Part shown: piece after piece, positions 53,506-62,335 of the stretch
Layout: every line of letters begins with the position of its first letter
Numbering within the stretch: the first letter of the stretch is position 1
Source: Nitrosopumilus sp.
GTDB lineage: Archaea; Thermoproteota; Nitrososphaeria; Nitrososphaerales; Nitrosopumilaceae
Direction of reading: 5' to 3'
DNA: 64,000 nt
NCBI GenBank assembly: GCA_965223425.1
Contig: CBDCWS010000001.1
Span: forward strand, 40,572-104,571
Position numbers and translations under genes: made by a program
The notes under the pieces: model-generated
Seen by the model: the letters and a program-made list of their open reading frames with translations, nothing else
Told to the model about the DNA's origin: nothing
Database searches by the model: none

Positions 53506-53514
53506 GTAACTCCT

Positions 53515-53847
53515 TTATATTTCGCGTCTGATGCCAACGACCTTGCCCGCATGGATATGGACATAATCGCCTTTTTGGATACCTTTCGCGTCTATATCCG
53601 TCGCGGCACGGTAAAGATGCGGGATCGGCTTGATCACCTGAATCGCATGCGGTCTTGATGGCTGTTCTTTGAGGTAGCCTTTGCGCGCTAACCGCTGGAT
53701 ATGTTTGTGCGCGGCTTTCTCCGTGATGTCAAGTTCCTTCCCTATTTCCGGTATTGTCGGCGAAAAACGATGCGTCTCGATAAACGCTTGGATACACAGG
53801 ATTATATCACGCTGGCGCGGTGTGAGTACATTTCTTCGCTTTGCCAT
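53515..53847 (-). CDS. LexA-like DNA-binding domain protein lacking the peptidase domain
   Basis: LTPRQRDI..I..FI....SPTI.EIG..L.I...AA.KHI..L.RKGYL..P..AI; only ~35 aa follow. Confidence 0.8.
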   Translation of the reverse strand: MAKRRNVLTPRQRDIILCIQAFIETHRFSPTIPEIGKELDITEKAAHKHIQRLARKGYLKEQPSRPHAIQVIKPIPHLYRAATDIDAKGIQKGDYVHIHAGKVVGIRREI

Positions 53848-53952
53848 TGATTTTCAAGGAGGCATCGCTGCGTAAGAAAGTGGCGAGGCTGCGGAAGTTG
53901 GCAAGTGCTGTTTTCAAAAGCAAAACAGAACGTAACCTTTTGCGAGCCGTGC

Positions 53953-54093
53953 AGAGATGCTGCTGCCGTTGGGCATTCCCGAAGGGAAACATCATCTCTA
54001 TGTAGCCTCACAACCTCGCGACTTTCTAATCCCTGCCTCACAGAAAAGTCGTAGTTTCCGTTCGGCTCGCCCGAAGGGAAACCACGACTTTTC
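53953..54093. repeat. Two REP-like hairpin units sharing CCGTT.GGC...CCCGAAGGGAAAC
   Basis: Units at 53953-53999 and 54043-54093 (17-bp outer stem in the second). Confidence 0.7.
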
Positions 54094-54101
54094 AGATTGG
54101 G

Positions 54102-54554
54102 TTATTCACGTTCATCATCAGATGCGCATGGGTCAGCATTCAGGGTGTCATCCAGACGCGTCACATCCGCCCTTAATCCCTCTTGCCCTTTCGACAACGC
54201 CCTGAAGTTTGAAAACAGAAGTTCCAACCGTTTATACATTTCATTCTGTAGGGTGTCTACCGACTGGACAATCGTCTTGGGATCGGCATTGACATCCTTG
54301 ATAGCAAGGTTCTCATATTGGACATCTCTTATCAGAAAACTATTCCAATACTTGGTATGAATATCCGCACCGATATACACGTGCGTGTTCTTTACACCTA
54401 TCGCTAAATCGCCACTGTCCATAAGCGGACGGACAAGTTTCTCTTTAGAGAAATGTAGCCAGTAAGAACCATCTTCACGGCAACGAAACACCGGAGCATC
54501 TTCGACGATCCCCTTTTGCGTGAAGGTCAATTTTGTTGGATACAAGATTACCAC
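54102..54554 (-). CDS. Hypothetical protein with a C-terminal coiled coil
   Basis: GGAGG RBS, GTG start. Confidence 0.6.
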   Translation of the reverse strand: MVILYPTKLTFTQKGIVEDAPVFRCREDGSYWLHFSKEKLVRPLMDSGDLAIGVKNTHVYIGADIHTKYWNSFLIRDVQYENLAIKDVNADPKTIVQSVDTLQNEMYKRLELLFSNFRALSKGQEGLRADVTRLDDTLNADPCASDDERE

Positions 54555-54566
54555 TGTCTTTGCCTC

Positions 54567-54956
54567 CTAAAGATACCGACGCCAGACTTCGCCGTTGGTA
54601 TGGCGGAATAGGTCAGCCGCGAGGTCTGAATCGTCGATGTCTAACATCCATTCCGATGCCCCGACGTTCCACGTATAGATTTTCAAGGGGATTGGATGTA
54701 CCTTATTTTCGTTGTCGAAAGCCTCGATCCAGTCCCAAAGCCGTTCGTTGATTGTCAGTTGCGTCAGTGTTTCTCCGTTGGCATCAAGGATGGATGCACA
54801 TTCGTTGTCAATACAAGCGTTGCAGTCGGGGAACATCCGTTCTAACGCCCGCGCGACGGGGCATGCTTCGCAACTCCCATGAATGCCGTGTTGAATATCA
54901 GCGTCTGTGACGTTGCCCTTCATGCCGTCGAGTGTTGTGAAATCTAAATACGTCAT
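54567..54956 (-). CDS. Hypothetical phage-type protein
   Basis: DIQHG..GSCEACPVARAL motif; homologous to the N-terminus of 56148 (VTQAHIDGIGADPVTLAM) and to the QADIDKG segment of 57593. Confidence 0.6.
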   Translation of the reverse strand: MTYLDFTTLDGMKGNVTDADIQHGIHGSCEACPVARALERMFPDCNACIDNECASILDANGETLTQLTINERLWDWIEAFDNENKVHPIPLKIYTWNVGASEWMLDIDDSDLAADLFRHTNGEVWRRYL

Positions 54957-54993
54957 TGATTTTCAGGGACGTGTCGCCACGCCCCTGCCCTCA

Positions 54994-56040
54994 TTAGATA
55001 AAACCTTCTTCCTTGAGGCTGACAAATATCCCGTCACCGATGATGACGTGATCCAAAACCTTGATCCCGATGTGGTTGCCCGCCTCTATCAATTGCTTCG
55101 TCGTCTGAATATCCTCTTGGCTCGGCCGTGGATCGCCCGATGGGTGATTATGAACAAGCACGATGGTATTCGCCGATTCCTCAATGGCAAATCTGAAAAT
55201 CTCGCGCGGGTGAAAGACACTGGCATTCAGCGTTCCCTCAAAGACGGTGGACTCGCCAAGTAGTTTGCCCCACGTCAAATCGCCCGCAAGATCGCCCGCT
55301 CTGCCTTTCGTCGTCACGTTGCCCTTCGTGTCAAGACACAACACACAAACGATCTCCTTGTGTAGATACCGCATTTTTGACATCATCAGGTCGGCAACAT
55401 CACTCGGCGCGGTGATCTTATCCTTCTCGGCGTGGCAGCGTGCGAGTCGCTTGCCCAACTCCAACGCCGCGACGATCTTCTCTGCCCGCGTTTTGCCCAT
55501 GCCCTTGACTTTCTGTATGTGCTTGGCTGTTGTCCCTGCTATGCGTGCAAGGTTGCCCTCGTAGGCGATCAGCACGTCCTCAGCGATAGACACAGGCGCA
55601 CCGCTAACTTTTGCCATGAGTTCAGGATCTGTCAAATACTCAATCGGTCGCGCCGCGACTTGTGCCTTGACTTCGGCGAGAATTCGCAGACTTGCCGATG
55701 CCTCCGCTTGCTTTTGCTTGCGTTCGGCTTCGGCTTGCTGATGCGCTGGCGAGTCGCCCCTATGATCTCTGACCTCTTCCACGAACCCGTCAGGACTCAC
55801 AGGTTCATAACGCCGATCCATGAACACGGCGCGGTCTAAGTCCTCAAACGTCATCGCCGAGTCGTCATTGAAATGGACTTTGATCGTTTCGTGTTCCGTG
55901 CCGTCTGTCTCGTCTATCTCGGAGAACCCCGAAAACTTGACGATCTGGATTTCTGTCCCTTCTTCGTTCTTAAAGACACAACCCACATCAAACAAGCCCC
56001 AACCTTCCGAAAAGTGGTCTTGTGAGAGTGCGATTTTCAT
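54994..56040 (-). CDS. radC: RadC-family JAB/MPN protein with HhH and an extra N-terminal domain
   Basis: LTDPELMA, KGMGKTRA..IVAALELG, GTLNASVFHPREIF, VHNHPSGDPRPSQED. Confidence 0.9.
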   Translation of the reverse strand: MKIALSQDHFSEGWGLFDVGCVFKNEEGTEIQIVKFSGFSEIDETDGTEHETIKVHFNDDSAMTFEDLDRAVFMDRRYEPVSPDGFVEEVRDHRGDSPAHQQAEAERKQKQAEASASLRILAEVKAQVAARPIEYLTDPELMAKVSGAPVSIAEDVLIAYEGNLARIAGTTAKHIQKVKGMGKTRAEKIVAALELGKRLARCHAEKDKITAPSDVADLMMSKMRYLHKEIVCVLCLDTKGNVTTKGRAGDLAGDLTWGKLLGESTVFEGTLNASVFHPREIFRFAIEESANTIVLVHNHPSGDPRPSQEDIQTTKQLIEAGNHIGIKVLDHVIIGDGIFVSLKEEGFI

Positions 56041-56147
56041 GATACAATATCCTCTGTAGTGGCTTCACTACGTTATGGATAGGCGCGGGGTGTCTTCCCG
56101 CGCCTGCCCGCGTGAGAGAGGCGCGTCCCGAAGGACACACACTTGCC

Positions 56148-56933
56148 TCATTCGTCATCAATATGCACTTCGTAGCCTGCCTCGATGTATAACTTACTCA
56201 CACCGCGCCGTCTGAGTGCCTCCTTCGTGGTGTAGATACCACCGGCGTTATCACAGAGGTACGTCAGGTGTCCAGCCCGACCCGATGCGCTCCAATTTTC
56301 GCCAGACGCGTCGTCAAATATGACATGGACTGCAATCTGCTCCGGCGTCGGATCAAATTCAATCAGCGTTGCTGCGGGATCGGTTTTCGCACAGCATTCA
56401 ATACATTCGCCGACAAAACCGTGCATGAGTTTGCGAATGTTGAAAAGTGCCGGGACGTGTGAGGCTTGCAAGTCAGCGAAGTGTGCATCGCATAAAATAA
56501 ATGTGCCGACCTCTGCCTTCGTGAATGTGTTCATCACATTTACAAGGATCATTTGTGAGTCCTCCTTTATTCCGATCCAAAGCCGTTCATCGGGTTCTAT
56601 TTCCTGTTCTTCGACTTCTTCTGGGGTGTAGCCGTCGGGTGGAAATTCTTGCCTGTAGATGTGGATTGTGCAGAGTGTCATCTTATGCCCCCACGCATAT
56701 CGCTGAAACCAGCAATCCAGTGTCCCCGCAGTCATCAGCGTGCCAACCACGCCATCGTTTTCGAGTATATCCGCAATTTCATGTGCAGGATAGAGTGCGA
56801 ATTCAACGTCCTTGCCCCCTATCTCTGTCAAGACCTCGTTCATTGCGAGGGTGACGGGATCAGCACCGATCCCGTCGATATGTGCCTGTGTCACAGGTAT
56901 CTCTTTACCAAGCAGTGAGTTGTAGTCAAACAT
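56148..56933 (-). CDS. Hypothetical protein
   Basis: AGAGG RBS; coupled to the upstream gene. Confidence 0.65.
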   Translation of the reverse strand: MFDYNSLLGKEIPVTQAHIDGIGADPVTLAMNEVLTEIGGKDVEFALYPAHEIADILENDGVVGTLMTAGTLDCWFQRYAWGHKMTLCTIHIYRQEFPPDGYTPEEVEEQEIEPDERLWIGIKEDSQMILVNVMNTFTKAEVGTFILCDAHFADLQASHVPALFNIRKLMHGFVGECIECCAKTDPAATLIEFDPTPEQIAVHVIFDDASGENWSASGRAGHLTYLCDNAGGIYTTKEALRRRGVSKLYIEAGYEVHIDDE

Positions 56934-57306
56934 GATACACCTCTTTGAGTTCTTTGAGTTGCCTGTCTATCGTGGATATATCCGCACGAATACTGCGCAT
57001 CAGACTCGGAAAGGCTTGCGCTTGTGCCTTACGGAGCGACATCAGTAAATACAACCGATCTCTTTGGAGTCGGCTTTTCTTTTCTTTGGCTGTGCCGACA
57101 AACATAAAATCCTCGTTGCCTTTGAAAATCTTGGACTTTTGGATCAGCACGCCTCCAATCCCGCTTGGAAACCCGAATAAAAGATCGCGCAAATCCGACT
57201 GTGAAATGTTACGCAACTGTTTTGCCGCGGTACGCATACTCCACCATGTCCCGATCCCTAAAATCCGCTCCAAACGTTGCTGTGTATACCTTGCCATAAT
57301 ACTCAA
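56926..57306 (-). CDS. Hypothetical basic protein
   Basis: Overlap-coupled ORF. Confidence 0.55.
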   Translation of the reverse strand: MSIMARYTQQRLERILGIGTWWSMRTAAKQLRNISQSDLRDLLFGFPSGIGGVLIQKSKIFKGNEDFMFVGTAKEKKSRLQRDRLYLLMSLRKAQAQAFPSLMRSIRADISTIDRQLKELKEVYHV

Positions 57307-57608
57307 TTAACCTCCATGCCTCTTGACTTCATGCTGTAGGTAGTTGATAGCGTGCTTGAGGCGTTCTGTATAGACAAATCGCTCTCTGGATCCTTGCTAT
57401 CCATCGGCACGCTCACAGCCTCGTGAAGACAGCCTAACGCCTTTTGAATGTTCGTTGCCGTGATCTTCTTATGACGCATTAGAATGCTCCTGTAGTGGAA
57501 GGCATCGGTGGCGTAAGGTAAACAACCTTTAGGTGGTTTTCTACCTTTTCGCCCCGATTCAGGTTTAAAAACCTCGCCCTGTCCTGTCTCGGTTATTGGC
57601 GTTGCCAA
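57303..57608 (-). CDS. Hypothetical protein
   Basis: Overlap-coupled ORF. Confidence 0.5.
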   Translation of the reverse strand: MATPITETGQGEVFKPESGRKGRKPPKGCLPYATDAFHYRSILMRHKKITATNIQKALGCLHEAVSVPMDSKDPESDLSIQNASSTLSTTYSMKSRGMEVN

Positions 57609-58360
57609 ACCACCGTGTCCTCGTGTGTGATCTTCACTGTCTTCTTGCCTGCATAAAACTGTAGGTAGAAATCCAATTCCTCTTTATCACCTTCAAGGAT
57701 ACGCTTCGCAGTCCTGCCGTTCACACTGCTCACATGCACCTCACCGGTCGCGGTGTGCAGACTAAAAGGCACGCGCTCATAGACTTTGTAAGGCTCTAAC
57801 ACAAACGTTGCTGGCTCTACGGCTTCACCCGCATCAAAACGTTTCATAAACGCTTGTGCTGCATCACAGAGTTTTGCTAACTGGTAGCCCCCCGGCTTTG
57901 GACACAAATGATAGTAGCAGATCATCTCGCGTGTCTCACGTGTTTGGCGTTTGTAGGCTTCGACAATTGCCCCGCCGTAGTGTCCGCTGTCGCTACTATA
58001 CTGTTTTCTTGGCGACTGTAGACGTTTAAACCAGTTTTCGCCATACAGGGTTTTACGCGTCTCACGTCCCTTGTCAATATCCGCCTGTGTGATGTGCAGT
58101 TCGAGAGGTTCAGGAATCAGGGAAAGTAGCCCCAAGTATTGAAGCACCAACGCCCCGTCTTCGTCTTCCTCGTTCCAGCGCGGTGTCCCTGTGCAAGATT
58201 CGTAGTCGTCTGGCAGTTCTTTGATGCGTTCATCGGATAACCAGATACCGCCATGACCTGCTGTCGAGACGCTGATAACGCCGTCGGCGATACGGTGGTA
58301 GTGTTGAATAGCACCCCACGGGGTTGCTATACGAGGGTAAAAACGATTTTGCGTATTCAT
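57593..58360 (-). CDS. DUF7007-like protein (mobile-element type)
   Basis: TPWG..QH...IADG...VSTAGHGGIWLS..R...W.EED motif; start moved to the ATG with AAGGAG RBS. Confidence 0.7.
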   Translation of the reverse strand: MNTQNRFYPRIATPWGAIQHYHRIADGVISVSTAGHGGIWLSDERIKELPDDYESCTGTPRWNEEDEDGALVLQYLGLLSLIPEPLELHITQADIDKGRETRKTLYGENWFKRLQSPRKQYSSDSGHYGGAIVEAYKRQTRETREMICYYHLCPKPGGYQLAKLCDAAQAFMKRFDAGEAVEPATFVLEPYKVYERVPFSLHTATGEVHVSSVNGRTAKRILEGDKEELDFYLQFYAGKKTVKITHEDTVVWQRQ

Positions 58361-58548
58361 GATACTCCTTGACGGATATATCCGCCCTGTTGTACAATGA
58401 TAGCGAAGGGATAACGCCCCTTCACTGTGATATAGCAATATTTTAGGGTAGGTCTTTGCCTGCCCTAATTTGTATCCGCCCATTACGGATACAATACGCA
58501 AGCGCGGAGTTGAACCGCGCCAAGCGCACCGTCTGCGTTGCGTTGTAT
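58361..58548 (-). promoter_or_regulatory. Multi-hairpin intergenic leader containing a tRNA-like T-arm
   Basis: CGCGG-TTCAACT-CCGCG inside an ACGCAA/TTGCGT stem, followed by four further hairpins. Confidence 0.6.
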
Positions 58549-58549
58549 A

Positions 58550-59059
58550 CTAATACATGTCAATCCCGCGTAGGTATTCCCTGACAATTTCTCGCACAAC
58601 GAGAGAAAACAGGTTATACAGACTGAACCTGTTGCCAAATACAAACTCCAGCCCATCATCGTTGATCAGTTCCTCAACGGCTTCCTCAAATCCCATTGTG
58701 TAGTTGCTGATAGCGTCCATTATCTTGTAAGCAGGATCGTTGCCGTCGGCTATATCAAAGAGGGTTTTGATCCCCTGTGTATTCATGTAGTCAATGACGT
58801 AGCCGTGAAAACTGTTCGGTGGATCGCCGTCAACCCATTTCGCAGACGTTACACGCACATAATCGCCATGCACGCTGTAGTCTTCCAAGTTTTCATCTTC
58901 TGCCACGCCGAATAGCATATTATGAACGTTTGGATCGCCGTTGTTGCGATCTACACATGCCGTGCCAGAAAACACGCTATCAAGTTCCTCGTTTGTCGTG
59001 ATCCCGTTGTCCCATTCAACCGTCACAATCTCGCCAGTGGTAAGTGTCAATCTAATCAT
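58550..59059 (-). CDS. Hypothetical acidic protein
   Basis: AGGAG RBS after a GGCGCG hairpin. Confidence 0.65.
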   Translation of the reverse strand: MIRLTLTTGEIVTVEWDNGITTNEELDSVFSGTACVDRNNGDPNVHNMLFGVAEDENLEDYSVHGDYVRVTSAKWVDGDPPNSFHGYVIDYMNTQGIKTLFDIADGNDPAYKIMDAISNYTMGFEEAVEELINDDGLEFVFGNRFSLYNLFSLVVREIVREYLRGIDMY

Positions 59060-59118
59060 TGATGTATCTCCTGTAAGAAGGACGCGCCCCGAAAGACGCG
59101 CCTCGCTGTTGGTTCGTG

Positions 59119-59351
59119 TTAACTCCTTACCATCCTTACATTGACCTTGAAACCGATTTCCCCAAGCAAAAAATACCGGTGGTGGTTGACGTTATCGTGG
59201 CTGATCCATTCCTTGCCGTTGGGTTTCATGTGTAGTTTCGTAAGGCGTGCCGTGATGCGATACGCTTTGCGATGGATAAATTCATCGTCTTGACGAAAAC
59301 AGGCGCAAAACTGTTCCCGTGTCTGCTACACTTAAAAATCGCTTCATACAT
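59119..59351 (-). pseudogene. Small gene with a probable 1-bp deletion
   Basis: TAATG-coupled start; MYEAIFKCSRHG continues in a shifted frame QFCACFRQDDEF...RMVRS*; span is 233 nt. Confidence 0.45.
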
Positions 59352-59539
59352 TATTTATACCTCTTTGCATACTCTTTGGCGTAGATATTGCGTTCCTCTA
59401 ATACCTTTTGCCGTTCCCGCCAGTTCTCTGTTAGCATTGTCATTGTTGCCCGATGATTGTAGGATTCGATCTTCTCTACCAATTCCCGTTTAACATCTGC
59501 CATGCCCGTTCTTGATGTTGGTATACCTTCATTCGCCAC
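59351..59539 (-). CDS. Hypothetical protein
   Basis: Coupled ORF. Confidence 0.55.
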   Translation of the reverse strand: MANEGIPTSRTGMADVKRELVEKIESYNHRATMTMLTENWRERQKVLEERNIYAKEYAKRYK

Positions 59540-59867
59540 GTTCCAATGCCTGCTTGACTTGTGCGACTTTTAGTAACTTGACGGATTTGCGCACCGCGAC
59601 GATGTTCGCCTCTTTGGCTTTCAGCGTCACAGATAACCCGTTGAATTTCGGAAAATGATCGCTCGTTGTCGTGAAAAAGACGCGCACCTGACCGTCTACG
59701 AGTCTAACCGTCTGCGCCGTGACTCGATAGCCGATCCGATAGAATTTCCGATTGTGCGTTTTCCCGATGTAGTGTGGATTATTCGATTGGATAAATCCAA
59801 GCACGTCATCAGGATTGTCTTTTGTATACTGCTTGCCGTAGGCTGCTAAACCTGTGATTTGTGTCAT
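59529..59867 (-). CDS. Hypothetical basic protein
   Basis: GGAG RBS before MTQITGL. Confidence 0.6.
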   Translation of the reverse strand: MTQITGLAAYGKQYTKDNPDDVLGFIQSNNPHYIGKTHNRKFYRIGYRVTAQTVRLVDGQVRVFFTTTSDHFPKFNGLSVTLKAKEANIVAVRKSVKLLKVAQVKQALERGE

Positions 59868-60058
59868 GATAATCTCCGTTGTGAGTAGGGACACCGTGTT
59901 ATCACCTTGCCCCATGTTCTGAAAACATAAACACGCCTGTTACGGATATTGCGAAACCTGCGCCCCCACCCTTGATAGCGTGTATTGATCCAAAACTCCA
60001 GTCGCCGTTGGCGTTGCGCGTTCAATGCGAGATGCATATAAAAGAATTGCTGATCCAT
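59864..60058 (-). CDS. Hypothetical Arg-rich protein
   Basis: ATGA overlap with the next gene; follows a GGCGCG hairpin. Confidence 0.4.
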   Translation of the reverse strand: MDQQFFYMHLALNAQRQRRLEFWINTRYQGWGRRFRNIRNRRVYVFRTWGKVITRCPYSQRRLS

Positions 60059-60105
60059 ACTTCATCCGTTTTAAATGTGGCGCGCCCTGTGGACGCGCCC
60101 TGTCG

Positions 60106-60495
60106 TTATTTCCAATCCTCTTTGTAGACTTGCCGTAACGCGTCAAAACGCGATTTCATGTGTGGCAGGTTCTGCAATAAGCCGTCATCGACATCGCCGT
60201 TGTGAAAATACCACGATGCCGACTGCCACAAACAGCCGTTTTCTACGCTGTGGCATTTATCAGGGACTATATACCCAACCCGCTTATTCCGTGCGCGATT
60301 CATCACCTTATCAATCGCTCGTTTCTTTTCCGCTGGCACGCGCTTGATGTGCTGATCCGTTAGCATTTCATAGACCGCGTCCTTGCTATCAGCAGAAAGC
60401 GATTTATAGAACGCTTTGCGACTCGTATAGTCTAATGAGAGGTATAAACGCGTTGCTAAACTTTTCGACTTGATAGATCGTGTGTCAATGCCCAT
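60106..60495 (-). CDS. Hypothetical protein
   Basis: GGAG RBS. Confidence 0.6.
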   Translation of the reverse strand: MGIDTRSIKSKSLATRLYLSLDYTSRKAFYKSLSADSKDAVYEMLTDQHIKRVPAEKKRAIDKVMNRARNKRVGYIVPDKCHSVENGCLWQSASWYFHNGDVDDGLLQNLPHMKSRFDALRQVYKEDWK

Positions 60496-60531
60496 TATGA
60501 TCTCCGTAGGTGTGGACGCGCCCGTTGATCG

Positions 60532-60675
60532 TTAGTTATCACCGCGACGGACACATCGGCGTAGCCGTTGCCGTAAACGCTCGGATCGCTCGCGGCGTCG
60601 TTTATACAATTCATACCGCGACAAGACAATGCCCGTCGCGATCAAAAAAGTCATTGCGATAAGTGTATAAATCAT
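60532..60675 (-). CDS. 47-aa membrane peptide with an Arg-rich tail (not in the ORF track)
   Basis: GAGG RBS; MIYTLIAMTFLIATGIVLSRYELYKRRRERSERLRQRLRRCVRRGDN*. Confidence 0.6.
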   Translation of the reverse strand: MIYTLIAMTFLIATGIVLSRYELYKRRRERSERLRQRLRRCVRRGDN

Positions 60676-60689
60676 CGTGTTACCTCTCG

Positions 60690-61034
60690 CTACATCCATG
60701 AACAAATGTCAATCGGAAAGTCGATCGGATCGCTGGGTGCGACGTCTAAAATGACGTGACCTGTGGTATAAATCCCGTTGATCCGCCACGCCTCAATATG
60801 TGCCTGTGTCGCGGGAATTGTCAAGCCTTCGACCTCTACGGCTGCCACAACGCGATCGCGGTATTTCTCGCCAAGTGTGTTTGTTTTCCACTCGCTCCAC
60901 GTCGTATAAACGCGTCCGTCGTAGTTTGTGTCACCGTCCATCGTGATCGTTGCCTCGTGATATTCATTCATACACGCGGGACACGTGCAACATACCTGTA
61001 TCGCGCGACCTTCTTCTGATCTTGTTTCTGGCAT
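60690..61034 (-). CDS. Hypothetical protein with a CxCxxC motif
   Basis: GGAGG RBS; VCCTCPAC. Confidence 0.6.
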   Translation of the reverse strand: MPETRSEEGRAIQVCCTCPACMNEYHEATITMDGDTNYDGRVYTTWSEWKTNTLGEKYRDRVVAAVEVEGLTIPATQAHIEAWRINGIYTTGHVILDVAPSDPIDFPIDICSWM

Positions 61035-61088
61035 TCGATAAACCTCCAAAATAGGACAGGCGCGCCCCGAAAGACGCGCCTGTTATTG

Positions 61089-61319
61089 TTAGTCTTCATC
61101 AACCCAAACAACGTGATGATTAATGAGGGTAAACCTTTCCACGCCAGCGAGTCGTAAACAATTCAGCGTCTCGTAACGCGTGCCGTTACCATCAATCAAA
61201 CGGATAATTTCACCTGTCGCGGCGATCTCGGCTTGCCAATTCTCGCCTGTGTATCCGTCGTCGGCAAAAAATATCTGTGCCTCGCATTCCTCTGGGATTG
61301 TGCAAAATTCAATTGCCAT
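61089..61319 (-). CDS. Hypothetical protein
   Basis: GGAG RBS before MAIEFC. Confidence 0.6.
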   Translation of the reverse strand: MAIEFCTIPEECEAQIFFADDGYTGENWQAEIAATGEIIRLIDGNGTRYETLNCLRLAGVERFTLINHHVVWVDED

Positions 61320-61375
61320 TGTGATAATCTCCAAAATAGGACTGGCGCGCCTTGCAGACGCGCCCATTGTTTGAT

Positions 61376-61567
61376 CTATTTGCTGTATATCTCGATCGTT
61401 TCAGCGTAGAGGGCTTGATATTCTTCTTCGAGTTCCTCAAGTGCGTTCTCCTCTGGATCGTCCTTGAGTTTCTGAATATACAATTCCATCTCCGCGGAAA
61501 GTTCCGTTAAACGACTGATCCGCTTTGTCAGATCACTTTTGCGTTGCATCTGTGCTGTCATCGTCAT
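61376..61567 (-). CDS. Small acidic coiled-coil protein
   Basis: GAGGTG RBS. Confidence 0.6.
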   Translation of the reverse strand: MTMTAQMQRKSDLTKRISRLTELSAEMELYIQKLKDDPEENALEELEEEYQALYAETIEIYSK

Positions 61568-61630
61568 TGTGTCACCTCGTCAAATGAATGAGACGGACAC
61601 AACCGCGCCCGTCTCTGCGTGTTCTCTGTT

Positions 61631-62023
61631 CTACATGCCCAGATCATCAAAATACTGTTCAACCTGTCGGCACGTCTCGGCATCTACCCGCGATCGCACC
61701 TCCTCGTTGCCCCAGTAGCCGATGACCTGTTGCTGTCGTGTATCCAACTCGATACGCGGACCGCCAACGCCTACGATGGCGATAACGCCTCGCAGTTTGC
61801 CATCAGTCCCTCGCGTGATGTCTACATCAAGCAGTGATCCATAATGCGCTTCGCAGTTGCCACATTTACATTCAAAACCCTCGATGCAGTCCTCACAGTC
61901 GCACGGTTCGCTTTTCTGATCCGCTGAATCGCACCACGTGTCTTCATAGCAGAAGTAACCCCAGTGTTCGTTCGCCATGCTGTTTACGCTCTTTTGCAAG
62001 ATTGATCGAATTTCTTGAGACAT
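61631..62023 (-). CDS. Cys-rich phage-type hypothetical protein
   Basis: CDCEDC..CKCGNC; LDVDI..VGVGGPRIELDT..VIGYWG. Confidence 0.65.
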   Translation of the reverse strand: MSQEIRSILQKSVNSMANEHWGYFCYEDTWCDSADQKSEPCDCEDCIEGFECKCGNCEAHYGSLLDVDITRGTDGKLRGVIAIVGVGGPRIELDTRQQQVIGYWGNEEVRSRVDAETCRQVEQYFDDLGM

Positions 62024-62095
62024 GATAGAATATCCTCGTCTGGTAACTAACAGACATTTTCGATAGGCGCGGGATACTCCCCCGCGCCCATCTTA

Positions 62096-62335
62096 TTATT
62101 GGCGTTTATGCCATTGCAGTGCTTGTTTCGCCTCGTGGCATTCATCGGCAACCGCTTTACTCACGATTTCTAACCGCTCTAACGATTCAGCGTCAACGGC
62201 TGAAATGCCCGAATATTCGCTATCAGCGTCTTGCTGGCACGCTTCGTCCATCTTGTTAAGTAGGCTTGAAAGATTTTCAAGTTCCGCTTTGGCACGGCAG
62301 ACGCGCAGGTGGAAGATCGCAGGATAGTTTTTCAT
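62096..62335 (-). CDS. Hypothetical protein
   Basis: ATGA-coupled. Confidence 0.55.
   Translation of the reverse strand: MKNYPAIFHLRVCRAKAELENLSSLLNKMDEACQQDADSEYSGISAVDAESLERLEIVSKAVADECHEAKQALQWHKRQ

Noticed and set aside
58361-58501. N-terminal extension of the 302-aa ORF in the track
   Set aside because: It uses a TTG start through a hairpin-rich region; a strong RBS and ATG lie at 58360.
58496-58543. tRNA gene
   Set aside because: Only ~48 nt, with no anticodon arm, a 6-bp acceptor-like stem and no CCA.
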